Shown here in pieces: positions 22,547 through 35,510 of a stretch of DNA of 64,000 nucleotides (position 1 is the stretch's first letter; every line of letters starts with the position of its first letter). The position numbers and the translations under genes are program-made. Origin of the DNA: an uncultured Acidimicrobiia bacterium (GTDB lineage Bacteria; Actinomycetota; Acidimicrobiia; Acidimicrobiales; AC-14); NCBI GenBank assembly GCA_963836205.1, contig CAWIIV010000007.1, forward strand, positions 128,001 through 192,000, read 5' to 3'. The notes under the pieces are model-generated. The model had not been told where the DNA came from and did no database searches. It saw only the letters and a list, made by a program, of their open reading frames with translations.

Positions 22547-23758
22547 TCAGGTCCCGGGCACGGCCAGGTCGATCCGGACCTCGGGGAAGTTGCCCCGCAG
22601 GACAAGGGTCGCGGGCTGCCCGGCGGCGTATGACAGCTCCCGGTTGACGCGTTCGCCCGGCGCCAGGTTGGAATCGATGTCGGCGCCGCCCCGGAAGTTC
22701 ACCACCCGGTCGCCCCGGCGGACACCGATGCCGGCGTCGTGGCCGAGCGTCTTGTTGAGGTCGAAGCCCACGTCGCCCGTCCCCGGTCCGGCGCCCTCCG
22801 CCTCCAGGATCTGAGAGGTGGCGTGGCCGACGTTGGTCCACTCCACCTTGAGCAGGCGGTTGCGGTCGAAGAAGCCGGGCGCCACCGAGTACGACCGGGC
22901 CTCGAGGACGGTGTCGGCCACCGGCCACACGTCGACCCATGCCTGGCGCGCCCCTTCGACCCGGGCCGAGAGCGCCCAGTCGTCGCCGTCGAAGGTGGCG
23001 GTGGCATCGACCTGGGCCCCCTCCACGGCCACGACGATGCCGTCCCACGACCGCCCGTCGGCCTCGACCCGACCGGTTCCGGCCACCGCCGCCTCTCCGT
23101 CGCCCGAGCCCCGCACCGCCATCCCCTCGGTTGCCTCCACGGTGGCGACCGCCCGGCCGTCGTCGTCCCCCTGCTGGGCGGACGCGACGACCACGACCGT
23201 CCCCGCGGGGAGGACGAGCTCCTCCACCCGGGTGCCGTCGGCCGCCAGGAAGTCGCCGTGGACGGTCGCGGAGCCCCCCGCGGCCACCAACACGTCGGTG
23301 AGGAGGACCTGCGCGGTCACGCTCCGGCCGTCGGCGCTGACCGAGTGTGTCCCGTCGTTGTCCGGTGAGGCCGTGGCGACGATCGGCAGGTCGCCCCCGG
23401 CGGCGAAGCGGAAGGGTGCCTGCGGGTACCACTGCCCACCGCCGGGCAGCACCAGCGACCGCCCCGCGGTCGGCTCCTCGGAACTGGCGCCCAGGCTCAC
23501 GCGAGCCCGCCCGAGGGCGCCGGCGATGGTTCCGCCCGTGGTGAGCGTCATGCGGGGCCCGGTGCCGTCCACCGACGCCGACCACGGCCCCGACGGCGTC
23601 ACCCGCGCCGGCCACGGCCGGGCGAGCACGGTGTCCGCCATCCCGTCGACCAAGCCGACGCGGTGCCCCGAGTCGCAGCCGCCGGCGAGGAGCGCGAGGG
23701 CGACCAGGGCGGCCGACGACCCGACCCACCGGCGCGACGAAGGCCCCGGAGTTCTCAC
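22547..23758 (-). CDS. Hypothetical lipoprotein (start uncertain)
   Basis: ALVALALLAGG-C lipobox, long open frame. Confidence 0.6.
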   Translation of the reverse strand: MRTPGPSSRRWVGSSAALVALALLAGGCDSGHRVGLVDGMADTVLARPWPARVTPSGPWSASVDGTGPRMTLTTGGTIAGALGRARVSLGASSEEPTAGRSLVLPGGGQWYPQAPFRFAAGGDLPIVATASPDNDGTHSVSADGRSVTAQVLLTDVLVAAGGSATVHGDFLAADGTRVEELVLPAGTVVVVASAQQGDDDGRAVATVEATEGMAVRGSGDGEAAVAGTGRVEADGRSWDGIVVAVEGAQVDATATFDGDDWALSARVEGARQAWVDVWPVADTVLEARSYSVAPGFFDRNRLLKVEWTNVGHATSQILEAEGAGPGTGDVGFDLNKTLGHDAGIGVRRGDRVVNFRGGADIDSNLAPGERVNRELSYAAGQPATLVLRGNFPEVRIDLAVPGT

Positions 23759-23771
23759 CCCGGAGCCTTCG
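23738..23771 (-). terminator. clpC terminator-like hairpin
   Basis: CGAAGGCTCCGGGG-TGAGAA-CTCCGGGGCCTTCG, 27 nt past clpC stop. Confidence 0.65.
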
Positions 23772-23798
23772 GCAGAACGACTTGACGAGTTGAGTGGA

Positions 23799-26288
<2,490 letters not shown>

Positions 26289-26394
26289 GGTGAACCCCCT
26301 CCCGGGGACAGCGGGCTCCTGATTAGGAAGTCTATAGGCGAGCGTCCGACAAGCGGTACCGGAACGTCGGTGCCGGTGCCCGTGGTTCCTTCAC

Positions 26395-26421
26395 CAACCC
26401 CACGGAAACCATCCCGATTCC
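26395..26421 (-). promoter_or_regulatory. SigR-type ECF promoter upstream of clpC
   Basis: GGAAT-N18-GTTG on minus strand. Confidence 0.7.
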
Positions 26422-26475
26422 GGCCCACCTCCGCTCCAGTTCCCTGCGAGGCTCGCCGTGGCGTACCGTCGGGGC

Positions 26476-27477
26476 GTGGTGAGCCCCGCGCCGCTGCTGC
26501 TGGTACCCGGCCTCGAAGACGACCTCCAGCGCGTCGAGAAGGCCATGGTCGACAGCGTCAAAGCGGGGGATCCGTTCCTCACCGAGGTCGCCAGCCACCT
26601 CATCACCGCCGGTGGGAAGCGGTTGCGGCCGGCGCTGGCGGTGGCCGTGGGCCGGCTGGCGCCCGGGTGCGACGGGTCGGTGAGCGACGACGTGATCATG
26701 GGCGGGGTCGCGGTCGAGCTGGTCCACCTCGGGTCGCTCTACCACGACGACGTCATGGACGAGGCCCGCACCCGGCGCAACGTGGAGTCGGTGAACGCCC
26801 GTTGGGGCAACCTCGTCGCCATCCTCGCCGGCGACTTCCTCCTGGCCCGGGCGTCGGAGATCGCGGCGTCGCTGGGCACCGAGGTGGCCGGGCTGCTGGC
26901 CGCAACCATCGGCCGGCTGTGCGAGGGCCAGGTCCGGGAGCTGGCCCAGACCTTCGACGTGAGCCGCAGCGAGGAGTCGTACCTGGCGTCGATCGCGGGC
27001 AAGACGGCGTCGCTCATGTCCACCGCCTGCCGGATCGGGGCGTTGACGTCGGGATTCTCGCGGGACGGGGTGGAGGGGTTCACCGCCTTCGGCCAGCAGG
27101 TGGGGATGGTGTTCCAGATCGTCGACGACATCCTCGACGTGGTCGCCACCGACGAGGAGCTGGGCAAGCCCGCGGGCAAGGACATGATGGAGGGCGTCTA
27201 CACGCTCCCTGTGATCCGGGCGCTGGCGTCGGAGTCCAACGAGGCGCTGCGCAAGCTGCTGGGAAATCCCCTGAGCGTGGGCGAGGTCGACCAGGCCCGT
27301 GAGTTGGTGAGGGGGAACGGGGCGGTCACGGCCGCCATCGGGGTGGCCCGGGGCTACGCGGCCCAGGCGTCGGCCGCGTTCGACACGGTCGCGGGGGCCG
27401 GGGTCGGCGGCGAGGGCCCGGTGGCCGCCGCCCTCCGGTCGCTGGGCGACGACCTCATCGAGAACCTGCCCCGGTAG
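26476..27477 (+). CDS. Polyprenyl (heptaprenyl) diphosphate synthase
   Basis: GGKRLRP, HDDVMD, AILAGDFL, FQIVDDILD. Confidence 0.93.
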   Translation: MVSPAPLLLVPGLEDDLQRVEKAMVDSVKAGDPFLTEVASHLITAGGKRLRPALAVAVGRLAPGCDGSVSDDVIMGGVAVELVHLGSLYHDDVMDEARTRRNVESVNARWGNLVAILAGDFLLARASEIAASLGTEVAGLLAATIGRLCEGQVRELAQTFDVSRSEESYLASIAGKTASLMSTACRIGALTSGFSRDGVEGFTAFGQQVGMVFQIVDDILDVVATDEELGKPAGKDMMEGVYTLPVIRALASESNEALRKLLGNPLSVGEVDQARELVRGNGAVTAAIGVARGYAAQASAAFDTVAGAGVGGEGPVAAALRSLGDDLIENLPR

Positions 27478-27478
27478 C

Positions 27479-27500
27479 TGTCAGAGGCCCCCGGTAACCT
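27479..27500 (+). promoter_or_regulatory. PafBC/RecA-NDp-type promoter of Uma2 copy 1
   Basis: TGTCAG-N10-TAACCT, 7 nt before ATG. Confidence 0.68.
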
Positions 27501-27507
27501 GGGTCGC

Positions 27508-28060
27508 ATGGCGATCCAAACTCGACTGAGCATCGAGGAGTTCCTTGGCGGCGACTGGCCGCCTGGCGCGCAGCTCATCGACGGCGAGGTCATCGTGAAC
27601 GACCCGACACGGATGCATCAGGAGATCGCGAAGCGCATCATCGTCGCGCTGGAGCTCTGGACTCGTACCGGCTCGGATCGGGGCCGCGTGGGGTTCGGCG
27701 GCAACTGGACGGTCGCGCCGGGCCAGGTGTTCAAGCCTGATGTCTGGTGGGTGCCGCACGATCGGCCGCTCGACCTCGATGCCGTCCGTGACGACGTCCC
27801 GCCCACGTTGGTGGTTGAGGTTCGCTCGCCGGGCACGTGGCGGTTCGACGTCGGGCGCAAGCGCGACGTGTACGAACAGGTAGGCGTCCGGGAGCTGTGG
27901 CTGGTCGACATGCCGGCGAAAGAGCGTGATCGTGTTCCGGCGTAGCACGGTCGAGAGCGCCGACTTCGACGTCGATGCCGAGGTCGGGCCGGGCGAGACG
28001 CTCACCTCGCGCCTACGGGCGGGCTTCGAGCTCTCCGTCGACGGCCTGTTCGCAGACTGA
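27508..28060 (+). CDS. Uma2 family PD-(D/E)xK endonuclease, copy 1 (extra A near 27920)
   Basis: LIDGEV, KPDV, LVVEVRSPGT, GVRELWLVD; C-terminus TLTSRLRAGFELSVDGLF in shifted frame. Confidence 0.85.
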
Positions 28061-28086
28061 CCGTCCCTGGGTAGAAGGGTCGGCGG

Positions 28087-29031
28087 ATGCCTGCCACCCG
28101 TCGCCCCCGAGCCGCTGTCTTCGCCCCCGCGCCGGTCCTCACCGTCACGGTCGAGGCGAGGGGTGACGAGCCCGAGATCCACTTCCACGCCGGGGGCCAG
28201 GGCTTCTGGCAGGCCCGGATGATCGCCGCCCTGGGCGTTCCCGTCACCCTGTGCGGGTCCTTCGGCGGCGAGTCGGGCGACCTCGTCCGCCGGCTGGCCG
28301 AGCGGGAAGGGGTCGACGTCCACCCGGTGGAGGTGGCGGCCGACAACCCGTCCTACGTGCACGACCGCCGGGGCGGGTCGAGGGAGCCGGTGGCCGAGAC
28401 CCGGCCCGTCCCCCTGTCCCGGCACGAGGTCGACGACCTCTACGGGGTGATGCTGGTCGAGGGCCTGGAGGCCGACGTGTGCGTGCTGGGGGGCACGACC
28501 AAGGCGGGGGCGGCCGTGCCTGCCGACGTCTACGGGCGGCTGGCGGCCGACCTGGGGGCCAACGGCCGGATGGTGGTGGCCGACCTGTCGGGGGCGTTCC
28601 TGGAGGCGGTGGTCGAGGCCCGGGTCACGGTGATCAAGCTGAGCGACGAGGAGCTGGTGGCGAGCGGCCGGGCGGAGTCCCGCGAGCTCGACCACGTCCT
28701 GGCCGCGGTCGGCGACCTGTGCCACGCGGCCCGGATGGTGGTGGTGTCCCGGGCCGGCGAGCCGGCCGTCGCCACCGTCGACGGTGAGGTGGTGGAGATC
28801 GTGGGTCCCCGGCTCGACCCGTTCGACCCCCGGGGGGCGGGCGACTCGATGACGGCGGGGATCGCGGCGTCGCTCGCCCTGGGGCGCGACACGGGTACCG
28901 CCCTGCGCATCGGCACCGCCGCCGGGGCCCTCAACGTCACCCGGCGGGGACTGGCCACGGGCGAGCGCGACGACATCGAGCGGATGGCGGGCCACGTCGA
29001 GCTGCGGCCCGTCGGCAACGTGAGGGGCTGA
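28087..29031 (+). CDS. PfkB family (1-phosphofructokinase-like) carbohydrate kinase
   Basis: AGGQG and DPRGAGDSMTAG. Confidence 0.85.
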   Translation: MPATRRPRAAVFAPAPVLTVTVEARGDEPEIHFHAGGQGFWQARMIAALGVPVTLCGSFGGESGDLVRRLAEREGVDVHPVEVAADNPSYVHDRRGGSREPVAETRPVPLSRHEVDDLYGVMLVEGLEADVCVLGGTTKAGAAVPADVYGRLAADLGANGRMVVADLSGAFLEAVVEARVTVIKLSDEELVASGRAESRELDHVLAAVGDLCHAARMVVVSRAGEPAVATVDGEVVEIVGPRLDPFDPRGAGDSMTAGIAASLALGRDTGTALRIGTAAGALNVTRRGLATGERDDIERMAGHVELRPVGNVRG

Positions 29032-29035
29032 GCCG

Positions 29036-29812
29036 ATGCGAGCGCTGGTGACGAACGACGACGGGATCGAATCGGAAGGGATCCGGCAGCTGGCCCTGAC
29101 CGCGGTCGGCCTCGGGCTCGACGTGGTCGTGGCCGCGCCGCTCACCGACGCCAGTGGGAGCAGCGCCTCGCTGTCGGCGCTGCAGGAGGAGGGCCGGATC
29201 GTGCTGGAGCGGCGGACGCTCGCCGGGCTCGACGGGGTCCCGGCCTACGGCGTGGCCGCCGCCCCCGGCTTCATCTCCCTGCTGGCGGCCCGGGGCGCGT
29301 TCGGGGAGCCGCCCGACCTGGTGCTGTCGGGCATCAACCGGGGCCTCAACGCGGGCCACGCCATCCTCCACTCGGGGACCGTCGGGGCCGCCTTCACCGG
29401 GTCCACCCTCGGCTGCCGGGGGGTGGCGGTGTCGCTGGAGAGCGGGTGGCCGGACGAGCCCGCCGAGCTGCATTGGGAGACGGCCGGGCACGTGGCCGCC
29501 CAGGTCATCCCGTGGGTGATCGACACCGACCAGCCCCTCGTGCTGAACGTCAACGCCCCCAACGTCGACGTGTCGGAGGTGCGAGGACTCTGCCGGGCCC
29601 GGCTGGCCACGTTCGGCGCGGTGCAGACCAGGGTCGCCGAGACCGGCGAGGGGTGGGTGCGGATCACGGTCGCCGACGTCGACGCCCACCACGAGCCCGG
29701 CACCGACGCCGCCCTCGTCGCCGACGGCTACGCCACGGTCACGCCCCTGCGGCCGATCTGCGAGGCCGACGACGTGTCGCTGCCCATCCCCGGCGGCGCC
29801 GCCACCCGGTAG
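29036..29812 (+). CDS. surE: 5'/3'-nucleotidase SurE
   Basis: LVTNDDG, SGINRGLN, HSGTVGAA, LNVNAP, TVTPL. Confidence 0.93.
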   Translation: MRALVTNDDGIESEGIRQLALTAVGLGLDVVVAAPLTDASGSSASLSALQEEGRIVLERRTLAGLDGVPAYGVAAAPGFISLLAARGAFGEPPDLVLSGINRGLNAGHAILHSGTVGAAFTGSTLGCRGVAVSLESGWPDEPAELHWETAGHVAAQVIPWVIDTDQPLVLNVNAPNVDVSEVRGLCRARLATFGAVQTRVAETGEGWVRITVADVDAHHEPGTDAALVADGYATVTPLRPICEADDVSLPIPGGAATR

Positions 29813-29895
29813 CCGTTCCGGCGGCCGGGGCTCGACGGCTCCGCCGCGTGCCAGGATCGCCTGGCGACCAGAACGCGCCAACGTCCGGCGGGCGG

Positions 29896-30792
29896 CTATC
29901 CCGGGTGGGAGGCGAGGGTGAGGCGGCGGCGTTGGGGTCCGACGGTGAAGGCGGGGTCGACGGCCGACTCGATGCCCGCCTCGAAGACGGCGAAGCGCTC
30001 GGCCGCGGCCCCGACCAGGACGAGGAGGGCGCCCGCCACCTGGGGGACCCGGCGGCGCCGGCCGAGGGTGGCCAGGACGGCGGCGCCGGTGGTGGTGGCG
30101 ACGAGGGCCAGGGGCTTGAGGCGCGCGGCCCGGCCCCGGTGGAAGGCGTCGGCGGTTTCGCCCAGGCGGCGTTGGAGGAGATCGGCGGCGGCGACCTCGA
30201 CGACCGCCCCGCCGATGGCGACCCGGCGGGCGGCGTCGGTGCCGGGGACGAGGAGCACGGCCAGGGCACCGGAGCTGGCGGCGGCGCCGCCCGCGAACAG
30301 GAAAGGGAGCTGGTGGCGGGCGTCGTGCCAGGCGGGGACGGCGGTGTCGGCGACCAGCACCGCGGTGTAGGTGGCCATGGCCGGGGCGAGCGCGGCCGCG
30401 ACTCCCTCCGCGACCCGACCGGTGCCGCGGCCCACGCCGGTGAGCTCGACGGCGGTGGCGGCCGTCACCGCGGTCCCGAATGCGGACAGCAGCCACGTCC
30501 CTACGCTCATCGGTGAGGTGACCTTGGCCACCCGCAGCATGTTGAGGAACCGTCCGGGGCGGCCGAGATCGGCGACGAGGAGGACCCCACTCACGCCCAC
30601 CGCCGCCGACGAGGTCACCAGGCACCGGCGGGCGAGGCAATCGTCGCCGGTGAGCCGGCCTCCGGCCGCGAGGAGGGCGGACCCGGCCGCCAGCCCGCCG
30701 GTGAAGAAGTAGGCCGGGATGTACCACCTCCACACCGGCCGCTTGAGGACCGGGCGCCCGTAGTACGTCCGCAACGGCGACGAGTCCGTCAT
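29896..30792 (-). CDS. NrfD/PsrC-family molybdoenzyme membrane anchor
   Basis: YYGRPVLK.PVW.W.IPAYFF.GG, DLGRPGRFLNML, TSPMSVG. Confidence 0.88.
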   Translation of the reverse strand: MTDSSPLRTYYGRPVLKRPVWRWYIPAYFFTGGLAAGSALLAAGGRLTGDDCLARRCLVTSSAAVGVSGVLLVADLGRPGRFLNMLRVAKVTSPMSVGTWLLSAFGTAVTAATAVELTGVGRGTGRVAEGVAAALAPAMATYTAVLVADTAVPAWHDARHQLPFLFAGGAAASSGALAVLLVPGTDAARRVAIGGAVVEVAAADLLQRRLGETADAFHRGRAARLKPLALVATTTGAAVLATLGRRRRVPQVAGALLVLVGAAAERFAVFEAGIESAVDPAFTVGPQRRRLTLASHPG

Positions 30793-30862
30793 GTTCCGCA
30801 CCGGACGCACGATTCGCCGCTCGGAGGGGTATCGGAGCGGATCGAGCGCATGGGGATCGCGG

Positions 30863-31672
30863 TCATCGACGGCGGCGTCGGCCGAGGAAGGCGGCGGCGA
30901 CGCCGACCGCGAGGGTGGCCGCGGCCGCGGCCGCGCTGCGCCACATCCCGGGGAGGTCGCGGGTGGTGACCACCGGGTCGGGGGGGAGGCCGTAGACCTC
31001 GGGGTCGTCGAGGAGCAGGAAGAAGGCGCCCATGCCGCCGACACCGTCGTCGGGGTCGGCGCCGTACAGGCGGGCCTCGGACACGCCGGCCGTGACCAAC
31101 GTGGCGACCCGTTCCGCGGCCCGGGTCCGCAACTCGTCCAGCGGGCCGAACTGGATCGACTTGGTGGGGCAGGCGGTGGCGCAGGCCGGTTCCAGCCCTC
31201 CCCGCAGCCGGTCGTAGCACATGGTGCACTTCCACGCCCGGCCGTCGCCCTTGCGCTGGTCGATCACCCCGAACGGGCAGGCGGGGATGCAGTAGCCGCA
31301 GCCGTTGCAGATGTCCTCCTGCACCACCACCGTCCCGAACTCGGTTCGCACCAGTGACCCGGTGGGGCAGACCTCCAGGCAGGCGGCCGACGTGCAGTGC
31401 TTGCACACGTCGGAGCTCATCAGCCACCGGAAGCCCCCGGCTTGGTCCAACTCGTCCACCGGCTGCTTCTGCTCGATGAAGGCCACGTGACGCCACGTGT
31501 CGGCGCCCAACTCGCCGGTGTTGTCGTAGGACTGGCCGAGGAAGGTGAACCCCCCACCATTTTTGTCAGCGGGGGGGACGCCGTTCCACTCCTTGCACGC
31601 CACCTCGCACGCCTTGCACCCGATGCAGATGGAGGTGTCGGTGAAGAAGCCCATCCGCGGCTGGTCAGCCAC
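30863..31672 (-). CDS. Formate dehydrogenase iron-sulfur (beta) subunit
   Basis: CIGCKAC, CKHC..AACLEVCP, CNGCGYC..ACP, KCTMC..R; C-terminal TM. Confidence 0.92.
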   Translation of the reverse strand: MADQPRMGFFTDTSICIGCKACEVACKEWNGVPPADKNGGGFTFLGQSYDNTGELGADTWRHVAFIEQKQPVDELDQAGGFRWLMSSDVCKHCTSAACLEVCPTGSLVRTEFGTVVVQEDICNGCGYCIPACPFGVIDQRKGDGRAWKCTMCYDRLRGGLEPACATACPTKSIQFGPLDELRTRAAERVATLVTAGVSEARLYGADPDDGVGGMGAFFLLLDDPEVYGLPPDPVVTTRDLPGMWRSAAAAAATLAVGVAAAFLGRRRRR

Positions 31673-34600
31673 CGTCGTCCGCCTCCAGCCCCGCTCGCCG
31701 CCGGTAGTCGGCCACCAGCGCCGGCAACGCCGCTCCCCGGGGACGACGCCCGGGCCGGACGTCGCACGTCGCCGCCTTCGATTCCTGGATGACGACGTTG
31801 GGGTCGAGCGCCAGGCCCAACAGGTCGTTGGCCGAGTCGCCGGTCACCAGCCCCTTCGACCCCCAGTGGTAGGGGAGGCCGACCTGGTGGATGCGGCGTC
31901 CGCCCAGCGACAGCGCCGGCATCCGGTCGGTGACGAGCACCCGGGCCTCGATGGCGCTGCGGGCGGTGATCACGGTGGCCCAGTCCCCGTTCACCAGTCC
32001 CCGCGCGGCGGCCAGCTCCGGTCCCACCTCGCAGATCGGGGCCGGTTGCAGCTCGGCCAGGTAGGCCAGGAACCGGCTCATCCCGCCTGCGGTGTGGTGC
32101 TCGGTGAGGCGGTAGGTGGTGAGGACGTAGGGGAAGACGTCGGCCCCCGGCTGGCCCGCGGTGGGGTTGGGACGGTTGCCCCGGCGGCGAATCTCCTTCC
32201 GGGCCGGGTTCGACTGCTGGCCGTACAGGGGGTTGGCGATCGGGGACTCGTGGGGCTCGTAGTGGGTCGGCAGGGGGCCGTCGACCAGGCCCGTGGGCGC
32301 GAACAGCCACCCCTTCCCGTCGCCTTGCATCATGAACGGATCGGTGCCGGCGACGGCGGCCAGCCCGCCCGCCCCGTCGGGGGGGCGGTAGTCGGGCCGC
32401 TTGTCGGGCGGGAAGTCGGGCACGTCGGGTCCGGCCCATTCCCCGTCCGCCTCGTCCCACCACAGGTACTTCTTGCGCTCCGACCACGGCTGACCTGTCG
32501 GGTCGGCCGATGCCCGGTTGTAGAGCATGCGCCGGTTGGCCGGCCACGCCCACGCCCACTCGGCCGCCACCCAGTCCTGCTCCGAGCCGGGCTTGCGCCG
32601 GGCCGTCTGGTTCACGCCGTCGGCGTAGCAGCCGCAGTAGATCCAGCACCCGCAGCGGGTGGAGCCGTCGGCGGCCAGCTCGGTCGAGGCGGACAGGGGC
32701 GTGCCGTCGGCGCGCCACCCGTTGATCTCCTGGAGCACCGCAGCCGCGCTCGGCTCCGCGTGCGGCCCCTCCACCGGATAGTCCCAGGTCAGCTGGAGCA
32801 ACGGGCGGTCGCGCCGGTCGGTCGACCCGGCCAGCTTCGACCGGATGATCCGGCCGAGGTGGTAGGCGAACCAGAGGTCGGACCGGCAGTCGCCGGCCGG
32901 CTCCACCGCCTGGTGGTGCCACTGGAGCAGGCGCTGGGTGTTGGTGAAGGTGCCGTCCTTCTCGGTGTGGGCAGCGGCGGGGAGGAGGAAGACCTCGGTG
33001 CCGACGTCGGCGGTGGCCAGCTCGCCCGTCTCGATCTCGGGCCCGTCGAGCCAGAAGGTGGCGCTCTCGATCTCCACCAGGTCGCGCACGACCAGCCAGT
33101 CGAGCTGGGCCAGGGCCAGCCGGTGCAGGCGGCTGTTGGACGAGCCCACCGCCGGGTTCTGGCCGAACAGGAAGTACCCCTTCACCGTGCCGTCGAGCAT
33201 GCCCAGCATGGTCTGGTAGGCGGAGTGGTCGCCGGTGATGCGGGGGAGGTGGTCGAAGCAGAAGTCGTTGTCGGCGCTGGCGTGGTCGCCCCACCACGCC
33301 TTGAGCAGGCTCACCAGGTAGCCGTCGACGTGGGCCCAGGCCCCGGCCGACTTGCCCCGGGCGGCGAGGTACGAGGCGAGGTCGCCGTGCAGGGCGGCGT
33401 GGGGCATGGCCAGGTAGCCGGGGAGGAGGTCGTAGAGGGTGGGGATGTCGGTCGACCCCTGGATGCTGGCGTGGCCCCGCAGGGCGAGGATGCCGCCGCC
33501 GGGCCGGCCGATGTTGCCCAGCAGGAGCTGGATGATCGCCGCGGTGCGGATGTACTGCACGCCGACCGTGTGCTGGGTCCAGCCGACGGCGTAGCACATG
33601 GCGGTGGTGCGCTCCCGGCCGGAGTTGCGGCACAGGGCCTCGGCCACGTGGAGGAACTGGTCCCGGGGCACCCCGCAGACGTCCTCGACCACCTCGGGCG
33701 TGTAGCGGGCGAAGTGGCGCTTGAGGACCTGGAACACGCACCGGGGGTGTTCGAGGGTCGGGTCGGTCTGGGGCGGCTTGCCTCCGACGGGCGGGCCGTG
33801 GGCACCGTGCTGCTGGCCCTGGGACGCCTCCGTCTCGACGTCGCCCTGGCGGGCAGCGGGCGCCTGGCCCGCGTACTGCCACGAGGCGTTGTCGTAGGAG
33901 CGGGTCTCCGGGTCCCAGCCGGAGAAGAGGCCGTCGAGGTCCTCGGTGTCCCGGAAATCCTCGCTCAGGATGGCGGAGGCGTTGGTGTAGGCCACCACGT
34001 AGTCCCGGAACTCCCGGCCGTTCTGGAGGATGTGGTTGACGACCGCCCCCAGGAAGGCGATGTCGCTGCCGGCCCGGATGGGGACGAAGACGTCGGCCAC
34101 CGCGCTCGTCCGTGAGAACCGGGGGTCGACGTGGATGACGGTGGCGCCCTTGAGCTTGGCCTCCATCACCCACTGGAACCCGACCGGGTGGCACTCGGCC
34201 ATGTTCGACCCCATGATGAGGATGCAGTCGGAGTTGGCCAGGTCCTGCTGGAAGGTGGTGGCGCCTCCCCTGCCGAAGGATGTCCCCAAACTGGGCACGG
34301 TGGAGGAGTGTCATATGCGGGCCTGGTTCTCGATCTGGACCGCACCCAGGGCGGTGGCCAGCTTCTTGATGAGGTAGTTCTCCTCGTTGTCGAGGGTGGC
34401 GCCGCCGAGGCTGCCGATGCCCATGGTGCGGCGGACGGGCCGGCCCTGGTCGTCGGTGTCCTGCCACGTCTCCCGGCGGGTGGCGATGACCCGGTCGGCG
34501 ATCATGTCCATGGCCCGGTCGAGCGGAAGGTCCTGCCAGGCGGTGGCGTGCGGCGGGCGGTACTTCACGGTTGTGAGCCGGGACGGGCCCGTGACCAGGC

Positions 34601-34883
34601 TCTTGGTGGCCGAGCCCTTGGGGCACAGGCGCCCCCTCGATATCGGGCTGTCGGGGTCGCCCTCGATCTGGGTGACCTTCCCGTCCTTGACGAACACCTT
34701 CTGGCCGCAGCCGACGGCGCAGTACGGGCAGACCGACTGGACGACCTTGTCGGCGTCCTCGGTGCGGGGATGCACGTGGTCGGTGCGCTCGGACCGGACG
34801 GCCCGGCCGAGGCCGAGGGGGTCGCCCTCGGTGAGCTGCCGCACCACCGGCCACTTCCCGAGCAGGCGCCCAAGTTCGGTCAC
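31665..34883 (-). CDS. Selenocysteine-containing formate dehydrogenase alpha subunit (UGA at 34311-34313)
   Basis: CPYCAVGCG, LCPKG, IENQARI-[TGA]-HSSTV in frame with downstream ORF (GSNMAECHP, LRGHASIQG). Confidence 0.93.
34282..34313 (-). promoter_or_regulatory. Sec codon and putative bacterial SECIS
   Basis: TGA followed after 12 nt by the hairpin GTGCCCA-GTT-TGGGGAC; atypical AGT/TTG/ACA codons there. Confidence 0.7.
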
Positions 34884-34931
34884 TGGCGCCAAGTCTGCCC
34901 CCCCGCCCGCGCTCGTGACACCCCCTTTCGG

Positions 34932-34953
34932 TGTCGCAGGTGGTCGGTAGGCT
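34932..34953 (+). promoter_or_regulatory. PafBC/RecA-NDp-type promoter of Uma2 copy 2
   Basis: TGTCGC-N10-TAGGCT, 6 nt before GTG. Confidence 0.68.
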
Positions 34954-34959
34954 TGGGTT

Positions 34960-35508
34960 GTGGCCCTCCGGACCCGTCTGAGCATCGAGGAGTTCCTTCG
35001 CGGCGACTGGCCGCCTGGCGCGCAGCTCATCGACGGCGAGGTCATCGTGAACGACCCCGCGCTCCGGCACCAACGGATCTGCAAACGGTTCCTCATCGCC
35101 CTCGACCGGTGGACAACGAAGGGCGAAGGCCGGGGCGAGGTCGGTTGGGGCGGCAACTGGGCCGTCGCCCCGGGCCAGCTCTACAAGTCCGACGTGTGGT
35201 GGGTGCCTGCCGACCGCACCCTCGACGACCTCGCTCCCCGCCACGACGTGCCGCCGGCGCTGGTGGTCGAGGTGCGCTCACCCGGCACCTGGCGCTTCGA
35301 CGTCGGCCGCAAGAAGCAGGTGTACGAGTCGGCCGGTGTGCGCGAATTGTGGCTGGTCGACACGCCGGTTTCGACCGTGCTCGTCTTCCGCCGCGGCTCG
35401 CCCGACAGCGCCGGTTTCGACGAAGATGCCGAGGTCGGGCCGAGCGACACGCTCACGTCTCCGCTCCTTCCGGGGTTCGTGCTCGAGGTCGACGCCGTCT
35501 TCGGCTGA
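34960..35508 (+). CDS. Uma2 family endonuclease, copy 2
   Basis: LIDGEV, KSDV, LVVEVRSPGT, GVRELWLVD, LTSPLLPGF. Confidence 0.9.
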   Translation: MALRTRLSIEEFLRGDWPPGAQLIDGEVIVNDPALRHQRICKRFLIALDRWTTKGEGRGEVGWGGNWAVAPGQLYKSDVWWVPADRTLDDLAPRHDVPPALVVEVRSPGTWRFDVGRKKQVYESAGVRELWLVDTPVSTVLVFRRGSPDSAGFDEDAEVGPSDTLTSPLLPGFVLEVDAVFG

Positions 35509-35510
35509 CG

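Noticed and set aside
34311-34313. fdh pseudogene split by a stop
   Set aside because: UGA is at the Sec/Cys ligand position with a SECIS-like hairpin.
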